Shown: piece after piece, positions 9,992-21,059 of the stretch
Position numbering within the stretch: the first letter of the stretch is position 1
Layout: each line of letters begins with the position of its first letter
Program-made: the position numbers and the translations under genes
Notes under the pieces: generated by a model
What the model was told of the DNA's origin: nothing
Seen by the model: the letters and a program-made list of their open reading frames with translations, nothing else
The model's database searches: none
NCBI GenBank assembly: GCA_963812135.1
Contig: CAWETU010000001.1
Coordinates: 1,472,001 to 1,536,000, forward strand
Direction: 5' to 3'
Length of the DNA stretch: 64,000 bases
From: Vulcanimicrobiota bacterium
Lineage (GTDB): Bacteria > Vulcanimicrobiota > Vulcanimicrobiia > Eremiobacterales > Eremiobacteraceae

Positions 9992-10737
9992 GCGCCGCGT
10001 ATGCGTTGATCGGCGATCCGGTGGCGCACTCGCTCTCGCCGGTGATGCAAAACGCCGCGTTCACAGCGGCGGGCATCGACGCGAGCTACGAAGCGATCCG
10101 CGTGCCGCCCGAAGACCTGACGTCGTTCATCGGGATGGCGCGCTCGGGCAGCGTCGACGGCTTCAACGTCACTACGCCGCTCAAAGAGCAGATGCTCGGC
10201 TACCTCGACGACGCCAGCGACTCCGCGCGCGAGGCGGGCGCCGCCAACGCCGTGCGGCGCGACGGCGATCTTCTGACCGGGCACAACACGGACGGCGATG
10301 GTTTGGTCGCTGCGCTTACCGACCTCTGGCAATGGGATCCGCGCGGCGCCAGTGCGCTGGTGCTCGGCAGCGGACCCGCGGCTCGCGCGTTCGCGAAAGC
10401 GCTCAAGCGCGCGGGCGCGGTCGCGATCTCGTGCTGGTCGCGCAACGCGCAAACCGCGCGGGCCATCGGTCCGCCGCCGCGCCGCCAGGTCGATCTCGCC
10501 GTGTGCGCGTTGCCGCACGACGCGGTCGTACCGGACGAGATCTTGGAGAGCATCGACACGCACACGTCGCTGTTCGACGCAAACTATGGCGCGCCGCGCT
10601 CGCCGTTCCCACCGCGCATCGGCGCGCGGCGTGCGGACGGTCTCGCGCTATTGCTCCATCAGGGGGCGCTGTCGTTCGAGTGGTGGACGGGGCGGCCGGC
10701 GCCGCTGGAGGTCATGCGTCGTGCGATCGGCCTGTAA
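9988..10737 (+). CDS. aroE: shikimate dehydrogenase
   Basis: IGDPVAHSLSPVMQN, GFNVTTPLK, GHNTDGDG, LLHQGALSFEWWTG; GTG start overlaps the yqeG stop. Confidence 0.92.
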   Translation: MSAAYALIGDPVAHSLSPVMQNAAFTAAGIDASYEAIRVPPEDLTSFIGMARSGSVDGFNVTTPLKEQMLGYLDDASDSAREAGAANAVRRDGDLLTGHNTDGDGLVAALTDLWQWDPRGASALVLGSGPAARAFAKALKRAGAVAISCWSRNAQTARAIGPPPRRQVDLAVCALPHDAVVPDEILESIDTHTSLFDANYGAPRSPFPPRIGARRADGLALLLHQGALSFEWWTGRPAPLEVMRRAIGL

Positions 10738-11632
10738 CCGACTTCGTGCCCGTCGCCTGATCCCACAATTGGAAATCGCGGCGGCTGCGCATGGTGGCGA
10801 ACTCCATCCGCGCGCGGACGCGCGCGTACAGCTCGATGAGCGCCGCGCCCGCGAACCAGTGCAGGCGGCGCCAATCCTGGCGCACGTAGCTGCCGGTCGC
10901 GCGCAGCAGCAGACGCGGATCCATCGTCGAGACGCGGACGCCGTAGTCGCGTTCGGCTTGAAGGTTGCAGACGATCCAGCGCGTGCGCTGGCGGACGAAG
11001 TCGGGCAGCGCGCCCGGGCCGCAGTTCTCGATCAGCGCATCCGGAGCGTACGTGGCGCGGTAGCCTGCGCGCTCGATCTCGCACACGATCGACACTTCGT
11101 CGGCGAGCACGCTCGCGTCGAGCGGCTTCACGACGTTGCGGAAGGCGAGCATCTCGCCCATCTTCGGTTTCATGGACGAGACTTCGTTGTGCAGCCGCCA
11201 CATCAGGTTGATGGCGAAACCGGTGAACGTGTCGGGCGTGTTGACCGGCACCACGTGGGCGCCGACGACGCCGATGCGCGGATCCGAGAAGGGCGCCGTG
11301 ATGCGCTCGACGGTGGTGGGATGGAAGCCCACGTCGGCACTGGTGAGCACGAGCAGCGGGGCTTGCGCGAGGGCGAGGAATTGGTTGACCGCGTGGACCT
11401 TGCCGCGGCGCTCTTCGTCGGCGACGAGCACGATGCGCGCATCGCGGGCGGCGTAGCGCTGCACGATGTCGCACGTCGCGTCGGTGCAGCCGCTGGCGAC
11501 GACGTAGACGCGCTCGATGATCGCATCCGCGCTTTGCGAGAGCAAGCTGTCGAGCAAGTGCCCGATGTTGCCCTCTTCATTGTACGCCATGACGCCGATG
11601 GCGACGCCAAGCGGCGCGAGCGCCTTTTCCAT
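10712..11632 (-). CDS. GT2 family glycosyltransferase
   Basis: MAYNEEGNI, SGCTDAT, RRGK..A.N, ADE and QRTRW motifs. Confidence 0.85.
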   Translation of the reverse strand: MEKALAPLGVAIGVMAYNEEGNIGHLLDSLLSQSADAIIERVYVVASGCTDATCDIVQRYAARDARIVLVADEERRGKVHAVNQFLALAQAPLLVLTSADVGFHPTTVERITAPFSDPRIGVVGAHVVPVNTPDTFTGFAINLMWRLHNEVSSMKPKMGEMLAFRNVVKPLDASVLADEVSIVCEIERAGYRATYAPDALIENCGPGALPDFVRQRTRWIVCNLQAERDYGVRVSTMDPRLLLRATGSYVRQDWRRLHWFAGAALIELYARVRARMEFATMRSRRDFQLWDQATGTKSVTGRSHDA

Positions 11633-11682
11633 CTCAATGCCGCTTCCGCACAGCGAGCGCGAAGCCATGCTTCGGAGGCGTC

Positions 11683-12844
11683 GTGAGCGTGCGCGAGGCA
11701 TGCCCGATCTGCGATACGCAAGCGCCGGCCGCGTTCTTGCAGCGCGACGGCGTCCCCGTGCACCAGAATCTGCTGTTCGACGAGCCCCGGCGCCGCACGC
11801 GATATCGCACGCGGTAGATTGGAGTTGTCGGCGTGCCCGACATGCGGGTTCGTCTACAACCGCGCGTTCGACCCTTCATTGCTCGCCTACGGCGAGCGCT
11901 ACGAGAACGCGCAAGATTGCTCGCCCGCGTTCGCCGCGCACATGCGCTTGTTGGCAGACGAGATCGTGCGCGCGGCCCCGGAAGATGCTCGCATCGTCGA
12001 GATCGGCTGCGGCAAGGGATCGTTCCTGCGCGCGCTGGTGGACGCCGTGCCGGGCGCGCGCGCCATCGGTTTCGATCCAAGCTATACGGGCGATGAGAGC
12101 GAGCGCGACGGCCGCTTGCGCTTCGAGCGGCGCTTCTTCGACGAGTCAGCCGACGTCGGAGCTGTCGACGTCGTGATCTGCCGCCATGTGATCGAGCACG
12201 TCGCCGACCCAGCCGCGCTCTTGGGGTCGTTGCGCCGTACGCTGGACAGCTCGCCGGGGGCGCGGCTGTATTTCGAAACGCCATGCGTCGAGTGGATCTT
12301 GCGCAACCACGTCATCTGGGATGTATTCTACGAGCACTGCTCCTATTTCAGCGCCGGTTCCCTCGCGTTCGCATTCGAACGCGCCGGTTTCATCGTCGCA
12401 AGCGTCCGCCGCGTGTTCGTGGGCCAGTACTTATGGCTCGAAGCGGTTCCGGCTGCATCGCACCGGGCATATGCGCCGGCACCCGGTGCGGTCCCCGAGC
12501 TGGCGCACGGGTTCGCACAGGACTACGACCCGCTCGTCGATCGATGGCGGCAAACGATCCAGACCGCAGCCGCACATGGCAAGGTCGCCGTGTGGGGTGC
12601 AGGTGCGAAAGGCGTCACGTTTGCGAACGTCGCGGATCCGGACGCGGCGTTGCTTGATTGCGTCATCGACTTGAATCCGAACAAACAAGGACGCTTCGTC
12701 CCCGGCACGGGCCATCCGATCGTCGAGCCCAGCGTCGCCGCGCTGCGCGGCGTGCGCAGCGCGGTGCTGATGAATCCGAACTACGCGCGCGAAAACGCAG
12801 AGCTGCTCGCCGCGAGCGGCCTGCCGATCGATCTGGTCGCGTGA
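11683..12844 (+). CDS. class I SAM-dependent (NDP-sugar C-) methyltransferase; frameshift near 11788
   Basis: N-terminal VSVREACPIC..VPVHQN in one frame joins LELSACPTCG..VEIGCGKG..YEHCSYF..WGAGAKG..KQGRFVPGTG in another. Confidence 0.82.
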
Positions 12845-13707
12845 GCGTCGTCGTCACCGGCGCCAGCGCGTTCGTCGGTCGCGAGGTGTTGGACGCGCTC
12901 GCGGACGCTCCGTTCGACGTGATCGCGGTCAGCCGACGGCCTCCGGCGCTGGATGGCGAACGCGTGCGCTGGCAACAGCTCGACCTGATGGACGCGGCTG
13001 CCGTCTCGCGATTGTTCGCGACGTTCAAGCCGACGCATCTGCTGCATCTCGCATGGTGCGCGGGCAGCTCCGCGTATCGGAGCGATCCAGCCAATCGGGC
13101 GTGGGCGCGCGCCAGCGCATCGCTCGCGCGCGATTTCTACGAACACGGCGGCCAACGCGCCGTTTTCGCGGGCACGTCCGCCGAATACCAGGCGCCGGAG
13201 ACGCGTTCGTTGTATGCGCAGAGCAAGATCGCCGCCGCCGCCGCCATGAGCGCGCACGCGGGGAGTCGCGGCCGGCGTTTTGCGTGGGGGAGGATCTTCT
13301 TGCCGTACGGACCGCACGACGCGCCGCATCGCCTCGTGCCTTCGGTCATCGATGCGCTGCTTGCCGGCCGCACGGCGCATTGCTCGCCCGGCGAGCAGAT
13401 ACGTGATTTCGTGCATGTGAGCGATGTGGCGGCGGCGTTGGTGACGCTGCTGCGCGTCGAGCGCGATGGACCGGTCGACATCGGAACCGGCCAAGGCTCG
13501 ACGATCCGCCACGTCGCGGAGGTGATCGCGCGCCAGCTGAACCATCCGGAGCTCGTCCGTTTCGACGGCGCGCCGCCGGATGCGTCGGAACCGGCGTCGC
13601 TGATCGCCGACGCACGCGCGTTGCGCGCGCTGGGCTGGCAACCGCGCACGCTCGAGACCGGTCTGGCGGAGACGATCGCATGGCACCGCGCGAGGACCGT
13701 CGCGTGA
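12841..13707 (+). CDS. NAD-dependent epimerase/dehydratase (reductase)
   Basis: VTGASAFVG, YAQSK, RIFLPYGP and RDFVHVSD motifs. Confidence 0.88.
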   Translation: MSVVVTGASAFVGREVLDALADAPFDVIAVSRRPPALDGERVRWQQLDLMDAAAVSRLFATFKPTHLLHLAWCAGSSAYRSDPANRAWARASASLARDFYEHGGQRAVFAGTSAEYQAPETRSLYAQSKIAAAAAMSAHAGSRGRRFAWGRIFLPYGPHDAPHRLVPSVIDALLAGRTAHCSPGEQIRDFVHVSDVAAALVTLLRVERDGPVDIGTGQGSTIRHVAEVIARQLNHPELVRFDGAPPDASEPASLIADARALRALGWQPRTLETGLAETIAWHRARTVA

Positions 13708-14474
13708 AAGCGGTGATCCTGGCCGGCGGCTACGGCACGCGCATCAGCGAGGAGACGCAGACGCGTCCCAAACCGATGGTCGAGATCGGCGGCAAGCCGG
13801 TGCTGTGGCACATCATGAAGACGTATTCGCATCACGGCATCAACGATTTCATCATCTGCTGTGGATACAAGGGTTACCTGATCAAAGAGTACTTCGCCAA
13901 TTATGCGCTTCACATGTCGGACGTGACGTTCGACATGCGCCGCCGCAACGTCGTCATCCATCAGACCAACGCCGAGCCATGGTCGGTGACGCTGGTCGAC
14001 ACCGGCGAAGAGACGGCGACCGGCGGGCGGCTGCGTCGCGTCGCGTCGTATCTCGGCGATGAGGATTTCTGCTTCACGTACGGCGACGGCGTGGGCGACA
14101 TCGACATCGGGGCGCTGCGCGCGTTCCATCGCGACAAAGGAACGCTTGCCACTGTGACGGCGGTCCATCCGCCCGGCCGTTTCGGCGTGCTCACGATGGC
14201 GCGCGACAAGATCGCCGAGTTCAAGGAAAAGCCGCAAGAGGACGTCGGTTGGATCAACGGCGGCTACTTCGTGCTTTCGCCGAAAGTCATCGAGTACGTG
14301 ACCGGTGACGACATCGCTTGGGAGCGCGAGCCGATGGAGCGGCTTGCGCGCGAAGGGCAGCTTTCGGCGTTCATGCACGATGGTTTCTGGCAGCCGCTCG
14401 ACACGCTGCGCGACCGCAATCTGCTCAACGACTTGTGGAACAGCGGCCAAGCGCCGTGGAAGAAGTGGCAATAG
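13704..14474 (+). CDS. rfbF: glucose-1-phosphate cytidylyltransferase
   Basis: KAVILAGGYGTRISEET..PKPMVEIGG, TYGDGV, GFWQPLDTLRD..APWKKW. Confidence 0.96.
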   Translation: MKAVILAGGYGTRISEETQTRPKPMVEIGGKPVLWHIMKTYSHHGINDFIICCGYKGYLIKEYFANYALHMSDVTFDMRRRNVVIHQTNAEPWSVTLVDTGEETATGGRLRRVASYLGDEDFCFTYGDGVGDIDIGALRAFHRDKGTLATVTAVHPPGRFGVLTMARDKIAEFKEKPQEDVGWINGGYFVLSPKVIEYVTGDDIAWEREPMERLAREGQLSAFMHDGFWQPLDTLRDRNLLNDLWNSGQAPWKKWQ

Positions 14475-15560
14475 ATCCCGGGTTTTGGCGCGACAAGCGC
14501 GTCTTGCTGACGGGCCACACCGGCTTCAAGGGGAGCTGGTGCTCGATCTGGCTGGAGCGGCTGGGCGCGCGGGTGTCGGGGTTCGCGCTCGCGCCGGAGA
14601 CGACGCCGGATCTGTATTCGGTTGCCGGCGTCGGCGCGCGCATGCACAGCCGCATCGCCGATGTCCGCGATCGCGACGCGGTGCGCGCAGCGTTCGACGA
14701 AGCGCAACCGGAGATCGTCCTGCACATGGCGGCGCAGCCGCTCGTGCGCGCTTCATATGAAGAGCCGGTCGCCACGTATGCGATCAACGTTGTGGGCACT
14801 GCGAACGTCATCGAAGCCGCGAGCCGCTGCGCGTCCGTGCGCGCGGTCGTCGTGTTGACGAGCGACAAATGCTACGATCTGCGAGGCGCGACCGGGCCGC
14901 GCGCGGAGACGGACCCGCTGGGCGGCAGCGATCCGTACTCCGCCAGCAAAGCCGGCGCGGAGCTCGTGACCGCATCGTTACGTTCGGCGTTGTTCGGCGG
15001 CGGCGCAGCGAGCGCTGCTGCAGTCGCCACCGCGCGCGCCGGCAACACGCTCGGCGGCGGCGATTGGGCGCGAGACCGCCTGCTGCCCGATCTGATCTCT
15101 TCCTTTATCCGTGGCGTTCCGGCGCGCATCCGCAATCCCGGCGCGATCCGGCCCTGGCAGCACGTCCTCGATCCGCTGCGCGGCTATCTCGTGCTCGCCC
15201 AGCGCCTTTTCGAGTCGCGCGACCAGGGCCGAGCGCGACCGCTACGCAGCGAAGCTGGAACTTCGGGCCTGCCGGCGCCGCAGACGCATCCGGTCGCGTG
15301 GCTTGCGGACGGGGCGGCGTCGCGATGGGGCTCCGGCGCGCGATGGGAAGCCGACGCAAGGCGCGCACCCGCACGAGGCGCCCGATCTACAGTTGGACAG
15401 CGCGCGAGCGCAGCAGCAGCTGGATTGGAGCGCGCGGCTTCCTTTAGACGAAGCGCTCGACTGGACCGTCGCATGGTACCGCCGTTTCGCGGACGGCGCG
15501 GACGCTCGCGCGCTGGTCGAGGCCGACATCGAGCGCTACGACTCGTTGGTGCGCGCGTGA
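14465..15560 (+). CDS. rfbG: CDP-glucose 4,6-dehydratase; frameshifts around 15230-15365
   Basis: FWRDKRVLLTGHTGFKGSW, HMAAQPLVR.SY, SDKCY, RPWQHVLDPL; C-terminus PHEA..LQLDS..A lies in another frame. Confidence 0.92.
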
Positions 15561-16787
15561 ACGCGCTCGCCTGCCGCCTGTGCGGCGCGCCGCTGCCCGA
15601 GCCGTTCATCGATCTTGGGCTTTCGCCGCTGTCCAACTCGCTCGTCGACGCAGCCGACCTGTCCACGCCGGACGCGATGTACCCGCTGCGCGCGCACGTG
15701 TGCGAACGCTGTTGGCTCGTCCAAGTGCCCGAGTGCGCGGCGCCCGAACGAATTTTCCGCGACTATGCATACTTCTCGTCGTACTCGACGACGTGGCTAG
15801 CGCACGTGCGCCGCTACGCGCAACGCATGCGCGAGCGCCTCGGCCTCGGCGCCGGTTCGCTGGTCATCGAAATCGCGAGCAACGATGGTCACCTGCTCTC
15901 CGAGTTCGCGAGCGCGCAGGTGCCGGTGCTGGGCATCGAGCCCGCGCGCAACATCGCATCCGTCGCGGTCGCCAAGCGGGATCCCGACGATCAACGAATT
16001 TCTGTCCGCCGAATCGGCCCGCGCGCTGCGCGCGCAAGGCCGCAGCGCCGACCTGCTGGTCGCCAACAACGTCCTCGCGCACGTGCCGCAGCTCCACGAC
16101 TTCATCGCCGGGCTGGCCGCGCTGCTCAAGCGAGAGGGCACCCTGACGCTCGAGTTCCCGCACCTCGCGCGCATGCTCGAGCGCGTGGAGTTCGATACGA
16201 TCTATCACGAGCATTTCTCGTACTTCTCATTGCTCGCCGCGCAGCGCGCGCTCGCAGAGCACGGCCTTGAGGTCGTCGACGTCGAAGAACTGCCGACGCA
16301 CGGCGGCTCGCTGCGCGTGTACGCGATGCACGCCGGGCAGGCGAGCGCGACGCCGGCGGTCGCGCAGCTGATCGAGCGAGAAGAAGAAGCCGGTCTGCGC
16401 CGGCGCGAGACGTATGCGCGTTTTGCCGCGCAGGCGAGCTCGACGCGTGACGAGCTCGCGCGGTTCTTGCGCGCCGCGGCGAGCGAGGGCGCTACGGTCG
16501 CGGGCTATGGCGCGCCCGCGAAAGCGACGACGCTGCTCAACTACTGCGGCGTGGGCACCGACATGTTGCCTTACACGGTGGATCGCAGCCCGCACAAGCA
16601 GGGCAAACACATCCCCGGCGTGCGCACGCCGATCTTCGCTCCCGAAAAAATCTTCGAGACGCGGCCCGACTACATCCTGATCCTGCCATGGAACATCGCG
16701 GACGAGATCCGCGAACAGATGTCGGGCGCGAGCGCATGGGGCGCGCGTTTCGTGGTGCCGATCCCGTCACCGGTGGTGGTGGCATGA
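15557..16787 (+). CDS. NDP-hexose C-methyltransferase; frameshift near 15975
   Basis: CRLCG..DLG.SPLSN, EIASNDG, NNVLAHVP, FDTIYHEH, THGGSLR and YGAPAK motifs. Confidence 0.9.
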
Positions 16788-17522
16788 CCGAACGCGAACC
16801 GTCCGGCCCGTCCGATCCGCAGCAGATCGCGGCGATGGCGGCGGACGCAGATCTGCGCCGCGCGGCCGACGAGTTCGTGCTGCTCGGCTGCCGGCATCGC
16901 TATCCGTACAATTTCTCGTGGCTCGGCGTGCCGGTGATCCAGTTCCCGCAAGACCTCGTCGCGCTCCAGCAGATCATCTGGGAAGCGCGACCGGACGTGA
17001 TCGTCGAGACCGGCGTGGCGCACGGCGGCGGCAGCATCTTTCTCGCATCCATGCTGGAGCTGCTTGGCGGCGACGGCCGGATCATCGCGATCGACGTCGA
17101 CATCCGCCCGCGCAATCGCAGCGCGATCGAGTCGCATCCGTTGAGCCCGCGCATCGAGCTGCTCGAAGGCTCATCGACAGATCCCGCGATCGTGCGGCGC
17201 GTCCACGATCGCGCGCGCGACAAGCGCGTGCTGCTGGTGTTGGACTCCGATCACACGCACGCCCACGTTTTGGCGGAGTTGCGCGCGTATGCGCCGCTCG
17301 TGCGCCGCGGCAGTTACGCGGTCGTCCTCGACACGATCGTCGAACGCATGGCACCGCAAGAGATCGGCGATCGGCCGTGGGCGCCCGGGAACAGCCCGAT
17401 GAGCGCGGTGCGCGAATTCCTGGCGGAGAGCGATCGCTTCGAGATCGACCGGCGTTTCGAAGACACGCTGCATGATCACCGTCGCGCCGGGCGGCTACCT
17501 GCGTTGCATCAAGGATTCTTGA
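16784..17522 (+). CDS. CmcI/cephalosporin hydroxylase family methyltransferase; frameshift near 17470
   Basis: YNFSWLGVPVIQFPQD, ETGVAHGG, LDSDHTHAHV; C-terminus ITVAPGGYLRC in a shifted frame. Confidence 0.88.
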
Positions 17523-18554
17523 CCGCGCCGTTGGCCGCGACGATCACGACCATCATCCCCACGTTCCGCCGGCCGCTCGCGTTGCGCCGCGCGATCGAAA
17601 GCGTTTTGGCGACAGACATATCCAGATGTGTGCGTGCGCGTCTACGACAACGCATCGGGCGACGAAACCGGCGAGATGGTCGCCACGATGGCGCAGGCGG
17701 ACGCGAGGCTGCGCTACACGGCGCGCCCCGAGAACGTCGGCGCGGCCGAGAATTTCATCCAAGCGTCGGCCGATGTGGAGACGCCGTTCGTCTCATTTCT
17801 GTCGGACGACGATCGCTTGCTGCCCGGTTTCTTCGCAAATGCGCTGCGTGAGCTCGAGCGCTATCCGCAGGCAGGATTGTTCGCGGGGTCGACGCTTGAG
17901 TTCGATGCTGCGGATCGGGTGCAATACGCGCCACTCGCCTGGTGGCCGCGCGAGGGCCTCTACGAGCCGGCCGAATCGGTCCTGCGCATGCTCGGCAACC
18001 GCCATCCCACCTGGACGGGCATCGTGTTCCGCAGCGACGCGCTGCGCGCGGCGGGCGGGCTCGACCGCGCAGCGAGCATGGCGTTGGATTTGGACGCCGA
18101 GCTGCGCGTGGCGGCGCGCTACCCGATCGTCATCTCGTTCGCCGCAAGCGCGGTCTACGCGCCGCACAGCGGATCGATCTCCGCAGCCGAGACGCCTGCG
18201 GTGATTCCGGCGTACGAACGCATCATCGCCAACCTCGAAGCGGTCGACACGCTGCCGGCGGCAATCCGCCGTCAAGCGGTCGTTCTGTTGCAGCGCCAGC
18301 TGCGCATGAAGCTCGTCGAAATCGCCGTCAAAGCGCAAGTCAGGCGCGACCCGGCAACGGCCGAAGCGGCGGCGCGGTTATTGCGCGATCGCTACGGTCC
18401 GCGCTGGCTTGGCGCTTCGCTCGCGCTGATGCAGTGGGCGTGCGCGCACGTTCCGGGTGCTCAAGCGTTGCTGCAATGGATGGAATCGAAGCGGCTCCAT
18501 GCCCGCGCCGCGCGCGCCGAGCGCTTTGCAGCGCACGCCGAACAGGATCTATGA
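17519..18554 (+). CDS. GT2 family glycosyltransferase; frameshift near 17612
   Basis: IIPTFRRP...AIESVL joins VYDNASGD..ENVGA..NF..SFLSDDD in another frame. Confidence 0.82.
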
Positions 18555-19631
18555 GCTCGCGGGTTCGATCCAGGTGTCGCCAGCCGCGAGCCACGTGCGC
18601 ACGCCGCGCTGGTCGAATTGGAAATCCACGATCTTGCCGCCGGCCAGCTCGAGCCGCTCGCGCACTTTGTCGCGCCGCGTGAAGGGCGCGAAGATCAGCA
18701 AGAATCCGCCGCCGCCGGCGCCTAAGAGCTTGCCGCCGATCGCGCCGGCGCGCTTGGCGATCGTGTAAAGCTCGTCGATCGCGGCGTTCGAGATCCCCGA
18801 TGCGAGCCGTTTCTTGAGATGCCACGCGCGATCGAGGATCTCGCCGAATTCGACGAACCGGTTCTGCAGGAGCGAGCGCTTGAGCTCCAGCGTCAGCGCC
18901 TTGAGCTCCGCCAGGCTGTCCATCACGTCGGGCACGTGCGAGACGACGTTCGCGGTCTGCTCGCGCAGGATGTTCGACGACGCCCGCGTGCCGCCGGTGT
19001 AGCAGAGCAGCAAGTGGCAGTGGAGCTCGTTGAGCGCGTCCTCGCTGATGCGCAGGGGGTTGACGAGCACGCCCTCACCAGTGAATTCTATAAAGTTGAA
19101 GCCGCCGAACGTCGCAGCGTATTGGTCCTGCATCCCGCCCTGGATGTTGAGATCGGTCCGCTCGACGGCGTAGGCGAGCTCGGCCATCTCGTAGTCGGAG
19201 AGATGGCGCCCTTCTCGGCGCGCGAGCGCGGCGATCAGCGCGACGATCATGGCCGACGACGAACCCAAGCCGCTGCCGGGCGGGGCGTCGGAGCTCATGT
19301 AGCAGTCGAGCGAATCGGTGCCGAAGCGGTTGAAGATCGTCTGCGCTAGGTCGATGGTACCATCGAGAGGGCCGGATGGCCCGCGGAATTCGGCGACCCG
19401 GTTCAAGTCTGAGCTATGGACGCGGATGCCCTCTTCGTCGCGCGAGCGCAGGCTCACGAACGCGTATTTGTCGATCGCGCACGACAGCACGCAGCCGCCG
19501 AACTGCTCTGGATAGGGAGGCACGTCGGTCCCGCCGCCGCAGAAGCTGATGCGCAGCGGCGCGCGGCTGCGGATGACGTCAAACGAGGTCGCGGGGACCC
19601 CGGGCGCGAGAGAGACGACTCGTTTGTACAC
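18549..19631 (-). CDS. hddA: GHMP kinase, D-glycero-alpha-D-manno-heptose-7-phosphate kinase (HddA-like)
   Basis: RAPLRISFCGGGTD, PPGSGLGSSS, GGMQDQYAA.FGG and GGKLLGAGGGGF motifs. Confidence 0.85.
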   Translation of the reverse strand: MYKRVVSLAPGVPATSFDVIRSRAPLRISFCGGGTDVPPYPEQFGGCVLSCAIDKYAFVSLRSRDEEGIRVHSSDLNRVAEFRGPSGPLDGTIDLAQTIFNRFGTDSLDCYMSSDAPPGSGLGSSSAMIVALIAALARREGRHLSDYEMAELAYAVERTDLNIQGGMQDQYAATFGGFNFIEFTGEGVLVNPLRISEDALNELHCHLLLCYTGGTRASSNILREQTANVVSHVPDVMDSLAELKALTLELKRSLLQNRFVEFGEILDRAWHLKKRLASGISNAAIDELYTIAKRAGAIGGKLLGAGGGGFLLIFAPFTRRDKVRERLELAGGKIVDFQFDQRGVRTWLAAGDTWIEPASS

Positions 19632-19724
19632 GCGATACGCGGATTTCGGGCGCGCGCCACGCTTCGCCTGGGAGGCAACTGTGACCGGCCTGGGCGGCTC
19701 TCCGGCATGGCTGCATACAGCGCC

Positions 19725-19752
19725 TAGCGAAGCCCTCGCGTCCTGCCGATAC
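19725..19752 (+). promoter_or_regulatory. putative sigma28-type promoter (TAGC-N16-GCCGATAC) upstream of pilT
   Basis: -10 matches GCCGATA; -35 weak. Confidence 0.45.
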
Positions 19753-19819
19753 TCATATCAAAGGGCAGGGCCATGGCCTTGTTCGGCTGTGGCTTCACGC
19801 CGAAGCGGTGGATGAATAA

Positions 19820-20908
19820 ATGGCTGCCAATGTAAGCGATCTCCTTGGACTCCGGATGGACGAGCTGATGCGCGTGACGATCGAACGCGGCGCATCGGAC
19901 TTGCATCTGTCCGTCGGCTTACCGCCGACGCTGCGAATCGACGGCCGGCTTGCGCCGACCGAGTTTCCCAAGCTCAGTCCCGAGGACACCAAGCGACTCG
20001 TCTACAGCATTTTGACCGACGCTCAGAAGGAACGCTTCGAGAAGAATCTCGAGCTCGATTTCTCGCACGGTCTCAAAGGCTTCGGACGGTTCCGCGTCAA
20101 CGCGTTCAAGCAGCGCGGCGTCATCGGCGCCGCGTTCCGCGCCATCCCGTCGACCGTCCCACCGCTGTCGACCCTCAACCTGCCGACCGTGATGGCGGAC
20201 CTGACGATGCGGCCGCAAGGCCTCGTGCTCGTCACCGGCCCGACCGGCTCCGGCAAGTCGACCGCCCTGGCGTCGATGCTCGACGTCATCAACGCGAGCA
20301 TGGCCCGCCACATCATGACGATGGAAGACCCGATCGAGTATCTGCACTTCCATAAGATGTCGATCGTCAACCAGCGCGAGGTCGGGCAGGACACGCATTC
20401 GTTCCCGAACGCGTTGCGCGCCGCGCTCCGCGAAGACCCGGACGTCGTGCTCGTCGGCGAAATGCGCGACATGGAGACCATCGCGGTGACGTTGACCATC
20501 GCCGAAACCGGTCACCTCGTGTTCGCGACCCTGCACACCTCCGATGCCGCGCAGACGATGGACCGCATCATCGACGTGTTCCCGGCGCACCAGCAGCAGC
20601 AGATCCGCGTGCAGCTCGCCTCGGTCATCGAAGCCGTCGTGTGCTTGCGCCTGCTGCCCCATGCCTCCGGCGTCGGGCGCGTGCCCGCCGCTGAAGTCAT
20701 GGTCGCCACGCCGGCGATCCGCAATCTGATCCGCGAGAACAAGACGCACCAGATCCACAACTCGATCGTCACCAGCCGCGGCATGCACATGCAGACCTTC
20801 GATATGTCGCTGCGCGATCTGGTACGCAAGCACATGATCACCGCCGAGGAGGCGTTCAACGCATCGATGCACCCCGAAGAGCTGCGCAAGCTCATCGAGG
20901 GCGTCTGA
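19820..20908 (+). CDS. pilT: type IV pilus retraction ATPase
   Basis: ASDLHL, GPTGSGKST, EDPIE, ALREDPDVVLVGEMRD, TLHT and AIRNLIRE motifs. Confidence 0.96.
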   Translation: MAANVSDLLGLRMDELMRVTIERGASDLHLSVGLPPTLRIDGRLAPTEFPKLSPEDTKRLVYSILTDAQKERFEKNLELDFSHGLKGFGRFRVNAFKQRGVIGAAFRAIPSTVPPLSTLNLPTVMADLTMRPQGLVLVTGPTGSGKSTALASMLDVINASMARHIMTMEDPIEYLHFHKMSIVNQREVGQDTHSFPNALRAALREDPDVVLVGEMRDMETIAVTLTIAETGHLVFATLHTSDAAQTMDRIIDVFPAHQQQQIRVQLASVIEAVVCLRLLPHASGVGRVPAAEVMVATPAIRNLIRENKTHQIHNSIVTSRGMHMQTFDMSLRDLVRKHMITAEEAFNASMHPEELRKLIEGV

Positions 20909-20930
20909 CCGGAAAGGGGGAGATCGCGCC

Positions 20931-21002
20931 ATGCAAACATCGCTCTTGTGGCTCTTGATCTTGCTAGTCATCCTGGTCGTCGGCCAGGCCATTAAACTAT
21001 AA
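20931..21002 (+). CDS. putative 23-aa hydrophobic small protein MQTSLLWLLILLVILVVGQAIKL
   Basis: purine-rich RBS (GGGGGAG) upstream; single TM-like stretch. Confidence 0.35.
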   Translation: MQTSLLWLLILLVILVVGQAIKL

Positions 21003-21059
21003 TCCCGGGCCCGGCCGCTCAAAGAGGCCGGGACCACGCCTTCCGCAGGGAAAGGGTCC

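Noticed and set aside
14318..16270. 650-aa ORF suggesting an RfbG-methyltransferase fusion
   Set aside because: Artefact of compensating frameshifts; the RfbG C-terminus ends at 15560 overlapping the GTG of the next gene
16688..17851. 387-aa ORF suggesting a CmcI-GT2 fusion
   Set aside because: An indel near 17470 bypasses the CmcI stop at 17520-17522
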